Source: Bradymonadia bacterium (GTDB taxonomy: Bacteria > Myxococcota_A > Bradymonadia > UBA7976 > UBA1532). From it: DNA of 64,000 nt. The notes under the pieces are model-generated. The model did not search any database, had not been told where the DNA came from, and saw nothing but the letters and a program-made list of their open reading frames with translations. The position numbers and the translations under genes are program-made. Below, one piece after another: positions 19,249 through 28,709 of the stretch. Where the stretch lies: positions 1 through 64,000 of the forward strand of contig JBKAGE010000044.1 of NCBI GenBank assembly GCA_046290225.1, in the 5' to 3' direction. Positions within the stretch are counted from its first letter, which is position 1, and every line of letters starts with the position of its first letter.

Positions 19249-20427
19249 TCAAAGCGCTGGCAACGCCGAAGGGATCGTGAACCAGAAGGTCGATCCGTGC
19301 GCCCCGTCACTCTCCACCCCGACATTGCCACCACGCTCTTCGATGATGCGTTTGACGATGGCCAGCCCCAAGCCTGAGCTCTCCACCTTGTCGCGGCTCT
19401 GCAGTGTTTTGAGCTTCTCGAAGACCCTATCGTGATGATCCGGATGAATCCCCGGACCATTGTCGGACACCTCGATGCGCCAGAACCCAGCTTGCGTCAC
19501 CGCCTTCACCGAGATCTCTGGCTGTGCCTTGTCGTTGTACTTCACTGCATTGCTCATCAGGTTCTGCATGACATGATGAAGTGCCACCGAAGCACCCAGC
19601 ACAGTCGGCAGTGGCTCGATGCGCCATTGAACCTGCTCCGAGTCGGGGATCATGCCTTGCACGTCGGCGGCCACACGATTGAGATCCACCGGCACCATGG
19701 CCTCGTCACGCTCTTCCAAACGCCAGTACGAAAAGAGGTCCTGCATCAGCCGCCTCAAGCGACCAGCCCGTGTGTGGGCCATGTTCAACATGGGCACCAT
19801 CTCGGGGATCGCGTCGCCGTGGTCTTCGCACAAGATCTCCAAGAGCGACTCGATGTTGATCACCGGGCTCTTGAGATCGTGCGCCAGCACCCCCATGAAG
19901 TCGACGAGATCAGCGTTGTGTCGTTCAGCCCTGGCTGTCTTGGCACGTAGATCGAGCAGATACTCAACCTGAGCGCCGAGATCCTGAAGGGCCTGGAGTT
20001 GGGCATCGGTGAGATGCCGTGGGACCCGATCGATGACACACAGCGTGCCCACAGGCATCTCATCGTGGACAAGGGGTACACCGGCATAGAAGCGAATGTC
20101 GGGGGCTTCGGTGACGAGGGGGTTCTGCTGGAAGCGCTCATCTTCGAGAGCGTTCGCCACGATGAAAGTCTCATCTTGCAAGATGGCGTGAGCACAGAAC
20201 GCCAGATCTCGGTGAGTCTCCTCGGCGTCGAGGCCCACCCGGCTCTTGAACCACTGGCGATCGACATCGACGAGGCTCACGAGGCTGATGGGCACCTCAC
20301 AGATGTAGGCAGCGAGGCGAGTGATCCGATCGAAGGCCTCTTCGGCGGCGCTGTCGAGCAACCGCAACTTCTGCAGGGTGACGAGGCGTTTGACCTCTTC
20401 TGGATGTGGGGGGGCGGGTTGGGTCAT
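19249..20427 (-). CDS. GAF-domain sensor histidine kinase
   Basis: GAF (FDRITRLAA, FCAHAI, IRFYAGVPL, GTLCVID), H-box LAHDLKSP, NLMSNAVKY, DNGPGI, GLGLAIV. Confidence 0.93.
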   Translation of the reverse strand: MTQPAPPHPEEVKRLVTLQKLRLLDSAAEEAFDRITRLAAYICEVPISLVSLVDVDRQWFKSRVGLDAEETHRDLAFCAHAILQDETFIVANALEDERFQQNPLVTEAPDIRFYAGVPLVHDEMPVGTLCVIDRVPRHLTDAQLQALQDLGAQVEYLLDLRAKTARAERHNADLVDFMGVLAHDLKSPVINIESLLEILCEDHGDAIPEMVPMLNMAHTRAGRLRRLMQDLFSYWRLEERDEAMVPVDLNRVAADVQGMIPDSEQVQWRIEPLPTVLGASVALHHVMQNLMSNAVKYNDKAQPEISVKAVTQAGFWRIEVSDNGPGIHPDHHDRVFEKLKTLQSRDKVESSGLGLAIVKRIIEERGGNVGVESDGAHGSTFWFTIPSALPAL

Positions 20428-20439
20428 CGTTTCACTTCA

Positions 20440-22860
20440 TCACAGTGCGCTCTGCACCTCTTGTCCCTGATCGTATTCCACGGCTCTCCACGGAGAGCCA
20501 TCTGGCCGCCACCACTGCCACTTGCCCTGGCGCTGACCATCGACGAACTCTCCCTCCCCCTTGCGACCCCCATCGCGATACCACTGCTTCCAGGTGCCGG
20601 TGGCTTGACCCTGTGCATCGTAGGCCCCCTCTTCTTTCTTCTGCCCCTTGCCGTACCAATATGTCCATCGGCCCATTTTGAGCCCCCCTTGATAGGCACC
20701 TGAAGCCACCAGCTGCCCATCGGGGGTATAGGTCTTCCACACGCCTTCTTCTTTGCCCGCGGTGTATCGACCTTCGAACCTCAACTGACCATCGCGATAC
20801 AGACCGCGCCAATCACCACTCTCCTCACCGTCGACGAACTCGCCTTCCATCTTGAGCGCGCCATTGTCGTAGAAGTATCGCCAGGGGCCGTTGGGCTTGC
20901 CCTGTGCGTAGTGCCCCTCCTGCTCGAGCTTGCCGTTGGGATGCCACCACCGCCAGACGCCCTGCTCGCGGGCGAGGACCTCGACCTGCTTCTCTGGTGG
21001 GAGCGGTGCGGTGTCGTCAGGATCACCGGCGTCTGGAGCACTGCCATCAGGAGTGCTGCCATCCGAGCCACTGTCGTTGGGCGCTCCTGCGTCTTCTACA
21101 GGGGCCGCATCGGGTGCACCTGCGTCCGGTACACCCGCATCAGCCACGGCATCAGGTACTGCCCCATCCGGTGCATCGATCTCGATGATCTCACTGGGCT
21201 GGCTCGAGGCCACCTCTTCGGCCTTCACCGGGGTCTCTTCACAGACAAAGCAGCCTGCGGTCCGGCCTTCGACGTCGACCTTCCATTTGCCCTCTACGCC
21301 CCCACAGGCGATCTCGGCGTCATCTTGGGCGGCGCCGTTTCGATACTCCACCGTGCGCCACAGCTCTCCGGAGTACCACCACTCGGCCCATGCACCGTGC
21401 TTGCGACCCTCTACATATGGCCCTGAGCCGGCCTTGTTGCCGTTGTTGTGCCACTCGGTCCACATGCCGTCAGTGGCGTCTTCCTTGAAGTGACCGCGCA
21501 TACGCACGCCGCCGGCCCAGTAGTAGAAGCTCCACTCGCCCTCGCGCATGCCACCGACGTACTGACCCTCCCAGGCCACCCGGCCGTTGTTGTAGAGCCT
21601 CACCCACTCACCGACCCGCTGGCCGTCTTCGTAGTTGCCCACCATCTTGGGGCCGCCGGTTCGGTGCCAGGTCGTAGAGGCGCCGTGTTTGCCATTGGGT
21701 CCCCAGGCGGAGAGGTCCATGGGGTTGCCATTGTCGTAATTGGTGCGCCAGACCCCGTCGCGACGGCCTGCGAGGTAACGGCCTTCTTCTTCGACCTTCC
21801 CGTCGGCGAAGTATGACACCCAGTCACCGGTGCCCTCGATGATGGTGGACTGGCCCATCTCACTGCCGTCGGGCTTCTTGAAGATGTGCAGCCCTGCAGG
21901 CACGTCTTTGTCGTATTTGCCCTGACGCAGGATCTCACCTGTGGGGTGATAGTCGATGTGCTCACCATCTCGCAGACTCCCGCCGAAGTGGCTCTTCCAC
22001 ATGAGCTGACCGGTGAGGTACCAGCGCTTCCAGAGCCCCTCTCGATCCATGCCCACCATGCAGCCCTCGAGGGCGGCCTCGTAGTCGACCTGCCACGTGC
22101 CGCTCACCTCGTCGCAGGCCTTCATGCCCTCGACCTGACGCACGCCTTTGTCGTACTGCACGGTCTGCCACTTGTGGCCGCTGGTGAACCACTCCTTCCA
22201 CGGACCCTGCTCAGCGTCGTCCTTCATCTGCCCCTGGCGGATGCGTGTACCGTCGGAGTGAAAGAACGACCACTGTCCGGTCCGCTTGTTGTCGGCGTAC
22301 AGGCCCTCTTCTTGGAGGTTCCCGTTGAAGTACCAGCTGCGGGCCACCCCTTCTTTTTTGTCCGCCACCCAGATGACCTCTCGGCGCCGGTGGCAGTTGG
22401 GGTAGTAGTAGATCTCGACGCCTTCCTTGAGACCCTTTTCGAAGCGGGTGGCGTTGCGCAGCTGCCCACCGCCGTACCAGCTCTGCCACTCCCCGTCTTT
22501 CTTGCCGTCGACGTACTGGCCATCCACCGATACGCCTGCCTTGGGGTGGTACTCGATGTATCGACCGTGCAAACGGCCCTGGCGCATCTGGGCCCAGGCG
22601 AGGATCAGGTCGGGCTTCGACTCATCGAAGACCATCGAGGGGCCGTTGGCCCGACCATTGATGTAGCAACCGGCCACCTCGTCGCGACGACGCCACTCAC
22701 CCCCCAGCTCGGCACACGTCTTCTGTGCCCGTGACTCGCTGCGCAACGCCAATGGGTCTTCTGGTGCGTCAGCCTGGGCGGAGGCAGAGCTCAAGAGCAT
22801 CGGCACCACACAACAGAGCAGGCTGAGAGGCAGGTGACGTATGTGGATCAGGCGCTTCAT
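20440..22860 (-). CDS. Secreted MORN-variant (YwqK-like) repeat protein
   Basis: Signal peptide; many GxxxGxWxxWYxxG repeats; acidic PDAG linker; three CxxxxGxW..GC modules. Confidence 0.85.
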   Translation of the reverse strand: MKRLIHIRHLPLSLLCCVVPMLLSSASAQADAPEDPLALRSESRAQKTCAELGGEWRRRDEVAGCYINGRANGPSMVFDESKPDLILAWAQMRQGRLHGRYIEYHPKAGVSVDGQYVDGKKDGEWQSWYGGGQLRNATRFEKGLKEGVEIYYYPNCHRRREVIWVADKKEGVARSWYFNGNLQEEGLYADNKRTGQWSFFHSDGTRIRQGQMKDDAEQGPWKEWFTSGHKWQTVQYDKGVRQVEGMKACDEVSGTWQVDYEAALEGCMVGMDREGLWKRWYLTGQLMWKSHFGGSLRDGEHIDYHPTGEILRQGKYDKDVPAGLHIFKKPDGSEMGQSTIIEGTGDWVSYFADGKVEEEGRYLAGRRDGVWRTNYDNGNPMDLSAWGPNGKHGASTTWHRTGGPKMVGNYEDGQRVGEWVRLYNNGRVAWEGQYVGGMREGEWSFYYWAGGVRMRGHFKEDATDGMWTEWHNNGNKAGSGPYVEGRKHGAWAEWWYSGELWRTVEYRNGAAQDDAEIACGGVEGKWKVDVEGRTAGCFVCEETPVKAEEVASSQPSEIIEIDAPDGAVPDAVADAGVPDAGAPDAAPVEDAGAPNDSGSDGSTPDGSAPDAGDPDDTAPLPPEKQVEVLAREQGVWRWWHPNGKLEQEGHYAQGKPNGPWRYFYDNGALKMEGEFVDGEESGDWRGLYRDGQLRFEGRYTAGKEEGVWKTYTPDGQLVASGAYQGGLKMGRWTYWYGKGQKKEEGAYDAQGQATGTWKQWYRDGGRKGEGEFVDGQRQGKWQWWRPDGSPWRAVEYDQGQEVQSAL

Positions 22861-24953
22861 CGATGGTTCACCAAATCTCGCGGGCCCATGATCTCCTGGA
22901 GGGCCTGATCAGCGTCGACGCGGGTGGCCCGGCCATCGAGGCTGTTCAGATCGGTCTGAGTCAGCTCCAGCTTGGGGGCAAAGGCTCTCTCGTGAAAACG
23001 ATCTGCAGCGACGACGGCGAGGCTGTCGTGTTTGAGGGGCTCGGGGGTGAAACGTGGAGACGGCGCCGACTTCTGAGGCTGGCCCTGAGCCTTCTGCGTG
23101 TTGGCCTGCGCTGTGGCTTCGCGTCTCAGGATGTCGACGCTGGTGAGCACGCAAGCGTACTGAAACCCGCCGCTGCCCAAGATGCACGTCTTGACGGTCT
23201 TGTTTGCCGGTTGGGTCACGCTCACCTGAAACCCAAGGGCATCGTTTGCCGGGGCGAGCCAGGGTGAGTCTTGAAGGCGATCAGCCACCTCTGTGGCGAG
23301 GGCCGAGTCGTCGTGCACAATGGCCGCAGGCAGCTTTACGCCCAGCAAGGGCAGCGATGTCGGCCACAGACGCAACAAGGTGTGCAGATGGCCGCGGGCC
23401 TTGCCGTGCTCCCCCTGGGCGATGTACGCGTCGGCGAGCCACGTCATGATGCGGCGACGAAAGAGCTTCGCCCGATCAGGCACCCCGGCGAGCGCTTGCT
23501 CCCCGAGGACAATGGCTGCGGCGTGGTCACCCGCCCTCCACTTCAGCTCACCACTCATACCATCAAGGAAGGCCCCAGCTTTTTTGGGGAAGTCCACCTC
23601 GATGGCCCGGGCCTCGTCGATGGCCTTCTCCCAGATGCCGTCGCCGAGCAAGTCGGCGATGACACCGCTGAACCAGGGCTGCGCGTCGCTGTAATAGGGC
23701 CGCGCCATGTCGCGCATCACCGTGCCGTGGGTGGCCAGCGAGATGGCGAGCCGCTGATGCTTCCAGCGGCTCATGGCCAGAGCTTCTGCCTTGGCGGAGA
23801 TCTTCAGGCCGTCCCAGAAGTCACGGACCGCAGCCCGGGCTTCGAGGCGCCGCGTCTCGAGCTGCGCCGTGGCCCAGTAGAGCACCAGGCCTTCGAGTCG
23901 CCTGATCTCCTCTGAGGCTGAGTCCATGCCCTTGCGGTCCGGGTTGCGGATGATCTCCTCGGCTCGGGGCAGCGCTTTCTCGGACTGGTTGAGCGCCAGC
24001 AGCAGCTCCACCATCCGCGAGCGGATGAACATCTCGTTCTGCACCTTCTGTCGCGGCTTCTGTGGGATCTCCCGGAGCGACTTCAGGGCCGAGAGGCCTT
24101 TCTGGAACTCACCCACCATCAAGTAGAGCAGAGAGAGCTGACCATAGGGTGAGGTGGGGCAGCTGCCATCGGTGGCCTTGAGGGCCTGCTTGTCGAAGGT
24201 GATCGCCTCGTCGAGGTCGAAGCACCGCCGGGCGGCGAGGGCGAGGTTGGTGCTGATGATGCACGACCCGCCTCGGGTGATGCGGTTGCCCTTCTTGCCC
24301 CAGTCGTAGCTCGCCTTGCGATTCCGGGCCTCGTCTTCGACGGCCATCATGCTGTTGTAGGCCCGCTCGCGGATGTCTTGATCTTCGTCGTGGATGAGCC
24401 GGTTGCCGATGGCCCGGGCTTCGTCGAAGCGCCCGAGCTTCACCAGGGGCCACATGCGATACACCTCGACCGACTGGTAGAGCGCTTCGAGACGATCGAT
24501 GGAGGCGAGCTGCCCCTCACGATCGTCCATCTGGCCCAGCAGCCACATCTCTTCTCTCATGATCCGCTGATGCATGACCCGCATCACCACGTCGGTGGGG
24601 GGGCTGCCGTGCAGCTCGACGAGCTGCTTGAGCGATTGCCGCATCAGGAACAGGGCCCGGGCGAGGTTGCCCTCGGCCTCGAAGTGCACCATGGCCAGCA
24701 CATAAGTAGCCAGGAACGACGGGCCATCTTTCAAGATCGCCTCTGCTTGCCGACGCGCCCGGGCCCACTTCTCTTCGTCGAGGCTCTGGATCGCCTCCCG
24801 CTCGGCCTGTGTGCCCAGGTTGGAGAACGACAACAGGCTCTTTTGGGCGTACACCTCTGTCGGTGACGCCAGCGCGGCCATGATCAAGAGCATGGCCCAG
24901 AGCAGGCGGGGCCTGAAGAGCTGGCCGATGGCTGTGATCATGGCGCCTCTCAT
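22857..24953 (-). CDS. Secreted TPR-like helical protein
   Basis: Signal peptide, TPR-like helices, overlaps the downstream MORN gene start (ATGA). Confidence 0.7.
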   Translation of the reverse strand: MRGAMITAIGQLFRPRLLWAMLLIMAALASPTEVYAQKSLLSFSNLGTQAEREAIQSLDEEKWARARRQAEAILKDGPSFLATYVLAMVHFEAEGNLARALFLMRQSLKQLVELHGSPPTDVVMRVMHQRIMREEMWLLGQMDDREGQLASIDRLEALYQSVEVYRMWPLVKLGRFDEARAIGNRLIHDEDQDIRERAYNSMMAVEDEARNRKASYDWGKKGNRITRGGSCIISTNLALAARRCFDLDEAITFDKQALKATDGSCPTSPYGQLSLLYLMVGEFQKGLSALKSLREIPQKPRQKVQNEMFIRSRMVELLLALNQSEKALPRAEEIIRNPDRKGMDSASEEIRRLEGLVLYWATAQLETRRLEARAAVRDFWDGLKISAKAEALAMSRWKHQRLAISLATHGTVMRDMARPYYSDAQPWFSGVIADLLGDGIWEKAIDEARAIEVDFPKKAGAFLDGMSGELKWRAGDHAAAIVLGEQALAGVPDRAKLFRRRIMTWLADAYIAQGEHGKARGHLHTLLRLWPTSLPLLGVKLPAAIVHDDSALATEVADRLQDSPWLAPANDALGFQVSVTQPANKTVKTCILGSGGFQYACVLTSVDILRREATAQANTQKAQGQPQKSAPSPRFTPEPLKHDSLAVVAADRFHERAFAPKLELTQTDLNSLDGRATRVDADQALQEIMGPRDLVNHR

Positions 24954-24954
24954 C

Positions 24955-26472
24955 TCACCACCGCTTCAATGTGGATCGCGACAAGGCCTCGAGGGGGCCT
25001 TCAAGAGCCTGGGCGATGACCGGCGTCGCGGACTCGACACCCGGCGCCAGGGCGAGCCGGTGCTGGAACAGCGGGCCGGCGAGGTGCTCGATGTCGTCGG
25101 CGCTGACGAAGTCGCGCCCCCGGAGCACAGCGAGGATCTGCAGCGCGGGGATCGCCTGTACCAGGGAGCGCGTGCTCACCCCCTGCAGACACCGCTTGTC
25201 GGCCCGCAAAAGCCCGGCGAGATCCACGAGGCATTCGTGGATCGCCTTGGAGACGTGCACGTTCTCCCGAATGAGCTGCCGGGACTGGATCACCTGACTC
25301 CGGGTCACCGTGTCGAGCTCGGCCTTCTTCCGGGGTGTGCCCCAGGTGGACAACACCTCGAGCTCAGAGGCCCGGTCGACGTGGTCCATCTTGATCTTGA
25401 ACAGGAACCGGTCGAGCTGCGCCAGGGGCAACGGGTAGGTGCCGATGGAGTCGAGGGGGTTCTGCGTGGCGATGACGAAGAACAGTTCGTCGAGGCTGTG
25501 GCTGATGTTGTCGACGGTGACCTGCTTCTCGGCCATGGACTCGAGCAAGGCCGCCTGGACCTTCGGCGAGGTGCGGTTGATCTCGTCGACGAGCACGATG
25601 TAGGCGAAGACCGGGCCTCGACGGAACTCGAAGCGGTTGGTCTCGGTGTCGAAGATCATCACCCCGGTGACGTCGGAGGGCAGCAGATCGGGGGTGAACT
25701 GGATCCGCCGGAACTCTGCGAGCCCGTCGTCGGTGGACTCGCCGTCATCGACGATGGCGTGGCCCAGGGCCTTGGCCAGGGTGGTCTTGCCCGAGCCCGG
25801 GTAGTCCTCGAGCAGCACATGGCCGTCGCCGAAAAGGGCCACCAGCACCATCTCGATCACGTCGTCACGGCCCATGACGTCATGGCGCATGCGGGCCCTG
25901 ATCTTCTCTGCCACCTCTCGCGCGGCGTCGAGGCTGGTGATCTGCGCGGCCTTGGGCTTTCGCTGCACCGTAGGCAGATCGATGGCCGAGGGCATCGGGC
26001 CTCCGGCGAGGGTGCGCTCCCGCTGCAGAGGCGCCGGCGGCACATCGACACGGGCTGTGGTCTCGTTGTCACTGCTGGGCATGGCCGCCTCGGGGATGGG
26101 TCGCGTGATCATGGGGGTCACCCCCAGGTCGATGCCTCCAGCCGGTGTGGGCATCGGCCGACCCCCCAGCGGGTTCGCCGGGCCCACCTTGGGCTCTGGC
26201 GTCTGCTCGCCGGAGAGCACGGAGGGCGGCGTCATGGCCTTGGGCATCGCCTCGAAGGTCTGGGTCTCGGTGACCTTGCTCGGCCCAGGCTTCGCCAGTG
26301 AAGGCGGCGGGGCCTGATCGGCCTGCCGATCGTGCAAGTTGGGCACTGGGATCCCCAGCTCGGTCCTCGGGCTCCTGGGCGGCGTGGGCTGCGGGGCAGC
26401 TCGCGGTGGAGCCTCGACCTCGGCATCGGCCGCTTGCGCATCAACCTTCGGCTTGTCGCCTTCGTCGGACAT
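24955..26472 (-). CDS. moxR: MoxR family AAA+ ATPase with Pro-rich N-terminal extension
   Basis: HVLLEDYPGSGKT, RIQFTPDLLPSD, DEINRTSPKVQAALLE, ATQNP, LPLAQLDRF. Confidence 0.95.
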   Translation of the reverse strand: MSDEGDKPKVDAQAADAEVEAPPRAAPQPTPPRSPRTELGIPVPNLHDRQADQAPPPSLAKPGPSKVTETQTFEAMPKAMTPPSVLSGEQTPEPKVGPANPLGGRPMPTPAGGIDLGVTPMITRPIPEAAMPSSDNETTARVDVPPAPLQRERTLAGGPMPSAIDLPTVQRKPKAAQITSLDAAREVAEKIRARMRHDVMGRDDVIEMVLVALFGDGHVLLEDYPGSGKTTLAKALGHAIVDDGESTDDGLAEFRRIQFTPDLLPSDVTGVMIFDTETNRFEFRRGPVFAYIVLVDEINRTSPKVQAALLESMAEKQVTVDNISHSLDELFFVIATQNPLDSIGTYPLPLAQLDRFLFKIKMDHVDRASELEVLSTWGTPRKKAELDTVTRSQVIQSRQLIRENVHVSKAIHECLVDLAGLLRADKRCLQGVSTRSLVQAIPALQILAVLRGRDFVSADDIEHLAGPLFQHRLALAPGVESATPVIAQALEGPLEALSRSTLKRW

Positions 26473-26490
26473 TTCGCTTCCCTCTCGCCA

Positions 26491-28701
26491 TCAACGGGTA
26501 AACCACCACCCCAGCGGGTTCGCCCAGCTGAGGAGACGGCGCCCGAGGGGGGTGTTTCGGGCCCACTCGGCCCGCACCGCCGCCGACAGGCGCCGCAGCT
26601 CGTCGCCCGATGGGGGCGCGCCGGCCCCCAGGGTGAGCTTCAGATGCATGTGCGTCAGGGTCTCGAGGCTCGGTGACACGGCCTTGAGCCGACGCGCGTA
26701 TCGCTCTCGCGTCTCTCCGCGTTTGCGGGTGAGGCCCCCGTCGGAGAACCGATCGAGGGTGGCGGCGAAGAGCAGCTGATGTGAGGCCCGCCCGGAGACC
26801 ACGGCGAGCTGACGCCCGATCTTCACGGCGTAGCCCAGAGCCAGCAACACCCCGAGACACAGGGCCAGCCACCGGGCCATGGCCCCCCAGGGCATCTCGA
26901 AAGGCTCGGCGCCGGCCCCCTTGCCCCCAGTGGGATCGTTCCGGGCCAGCTCGCCCATCAGGCTCTCGAGATCAGTGGCCACCATCTGCGGGGGCGGCTC
27001 GTCGCTCTGAGACGGATAGATGTCGAAGGTGAGCCACCCCACCCCGTCGATGTAGATCTCCGGCCAGGCGTGTGCTCGCTGGGCCATGATCAACACCGCA
27101 GAGCCCGCGCCCCGCAGCTGATTGTCCACGGCGTAGCCCACCGCGACCCGGGCGGCGATGCCCTGGCTGCGGAACAGGTGCACCGCGGAGTGGGCGAAGT
27201 GCACGCAGTACCCCCGCATCGAGCCAAAGAGGAAAGCCGCCGTGGGATCGTCGACGTCTTCGTAGGTCTCTTTGCGGGTGTAGAAGCCGTTCTGCTCGAG
27301 GTAGCGCTTGATGGTGAGGGCCTTCACCAGATCATCGCCGACGAAGCGGGGATCGATGTCGCGCACGATCAGATCAGAGAGGGCCTGGTACCGCGGATCA
27401 TCAGGGGTCTGCAGGTAGTGGGCCTCTTGCTCTGGGCTCCAGTCGCCGGGGATGGATCGACGGCCCGTGAGCCGGGTGTAGGGCATCGACAGAGCCAGCG
27501 ACTTCACCCCGTAGGCCGAGACGAAGCGCTGGGGTGAGGGGTTCTCCACCGGCGACACCGCCACAGAGTTCGTCAGAGCGAAGGGCTGAGGGTGATCGGT
27601 CATCAGGTACATCGAGGTGGGCACCTCGACGTGGAAGGCTGGCACCTGCACCGGCGAGGCGGTGAGAGTCTCCGACTGAGGAAACTCGGTGATCACGTCC
27701 TGATCGAACTTGCCCGTGGGATCAGGGGAGAGGTGGTTGCCGTCGAAGTACGAGAAGACCTGCTGTCGGAAGTACAAGATGCGTCCGGGGGGATCGTAAT
27801 CCTCGTGGAAGATGGCCACGGCGACGGGCTGGTCCTGGCTGCTGCCGCCCCCACCGTCGCCATTGCCGTTCCCCTGGCCGCCGCCCTGGCCGCCGCCTTG
27901 ATTCCCCTTGCCACCCTTGCCGTCCTTGCCATCGCTCTTCTTGTCGCCCTTCCCCTGCCCCGGGGTGCCCAGCGTGAGCGGATCCACCTCGATGGCCGGG
28001 GGGCCGTCGAACTCGTCGACGAACTGATAGAACACCACCGCCGACACGAGCACCCAACCCACGGTGACCACCAGCTTGGCGTGTTGCTCCACCCGCAAGA
28101 GCACCAACAGGGCCAGCGCAGAGACGCACACCCCGATGGCCAGCAGGATCGACTGGGGATCGATGCCATTGGACCACGCCCAATCGCTCAAAATGCGCGG
28201 CTGGTGAATCATGGCGTTGCGGTGACTGGCGAAGGCAAAGGAGACCGCCGCCACCACAACCACAGCCTCCACCACCGAGGCTGCTCTATAGCGAGCGCCC
28301 AGAGATCTCAGCGTGAAGATCACCCCGAGGGCCGTGACGCCGACGAGCACCGCGTCGGAGAGCTTGAGCACTGTGGCCGTGCTCAACCCACCGAACACGC
28401 CGTTGGCGAGCCAGGGGGCGTTCACGATGCCGTGGCCGAACCAGAGACCCACGATCGTCACCAGCACGCCGACGATCACACAGGCCCTGGCTCTCAGGCG
28501 CCTCACCATGCCCCGACGAGCGGCCCAGACCGCCAGAGGTGCCGCGATGGCCCCGGTGATCTGCCCTTGGGGGGTGGAGAAGCTGAAGATGAAGGCCCAC
28601 ACCCCGATGGCGTAGATCAGCGCCTTCAGGATCAAGACCCCGATGGGCTCTTCGTCGATGGGGGCCGGGGCGATGTCGGCGTCGATGGGTGCAGTGACCA
28701 T
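26491..28701 (-). CDS. Membrane transglutaminase-like protein
   Basis: N-terminal TM helices; triad GYCVHFA, AHAWPE, FDIYP. Confidence 0.88.
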   Translation of the reverse strand: MVTAPIDADIAPAPIDEEPIGVLILKALIYAIGVWAFIFSFSTPQGQITGAIAAPLAVWAARRGMVRRLRARACVIVGVLVTIVGLWFGHGIVNAPWLANGVFGGLSTATVLKLSDAVLVGVTALGVIFTLRSLGARYRAASVVEAVVVVAAVSFAFASHRNAMIHQPRILSDWAWSNGIDPQSILLAIGVCVSALALLVLLRVEQHAKLVVTVGWVLVSAVVFYQFVDEFDGPPAIEVDPLTLGTPGQGKGDKKSDGKDGKGGKGNQGGGQGGGQGNGNGDGGGGSSQDQPVAVAIFHEDYDPPGRILYFRQQVFSYFDGNHLSPDPTGKFDQDVITEFPQSETLTASPVQVPAFHVEVPTSMYLMTDHPQPFALTNSVAVSPVENPSPQRFVSAYGVKSLALSMPYTRLTGRRSIPGDWSPEQEAHYLQTPDDPRYQALSDLIVRDIDPRFVGDDLVKALTIKRYLEQNGFYTRKETYEDVDDPTAAFLFGSMRGYCVHFAHSAVHLFRSQGIAARVAVGYAVDNQLRGAGSAVLIMAQRAHAWPEIYIDGVGWLTFDIYPSQSDEPPPQMVATDLESLMGELARNDPTGGKGAGAEPFEMPWGAMARWLALCLGVLLALGYAVKIGRQLAVVSGRASHQLLFAATLDRFSDGGLTRKRGETRERYARRLKAVSPSLETLTHMHLKLTLGAGAPPSGDELRRLSAAVRAEWARNTPLGRRLLSWANPLGWWFTR

Positions 28702-28709
28702 GTCTGCTC

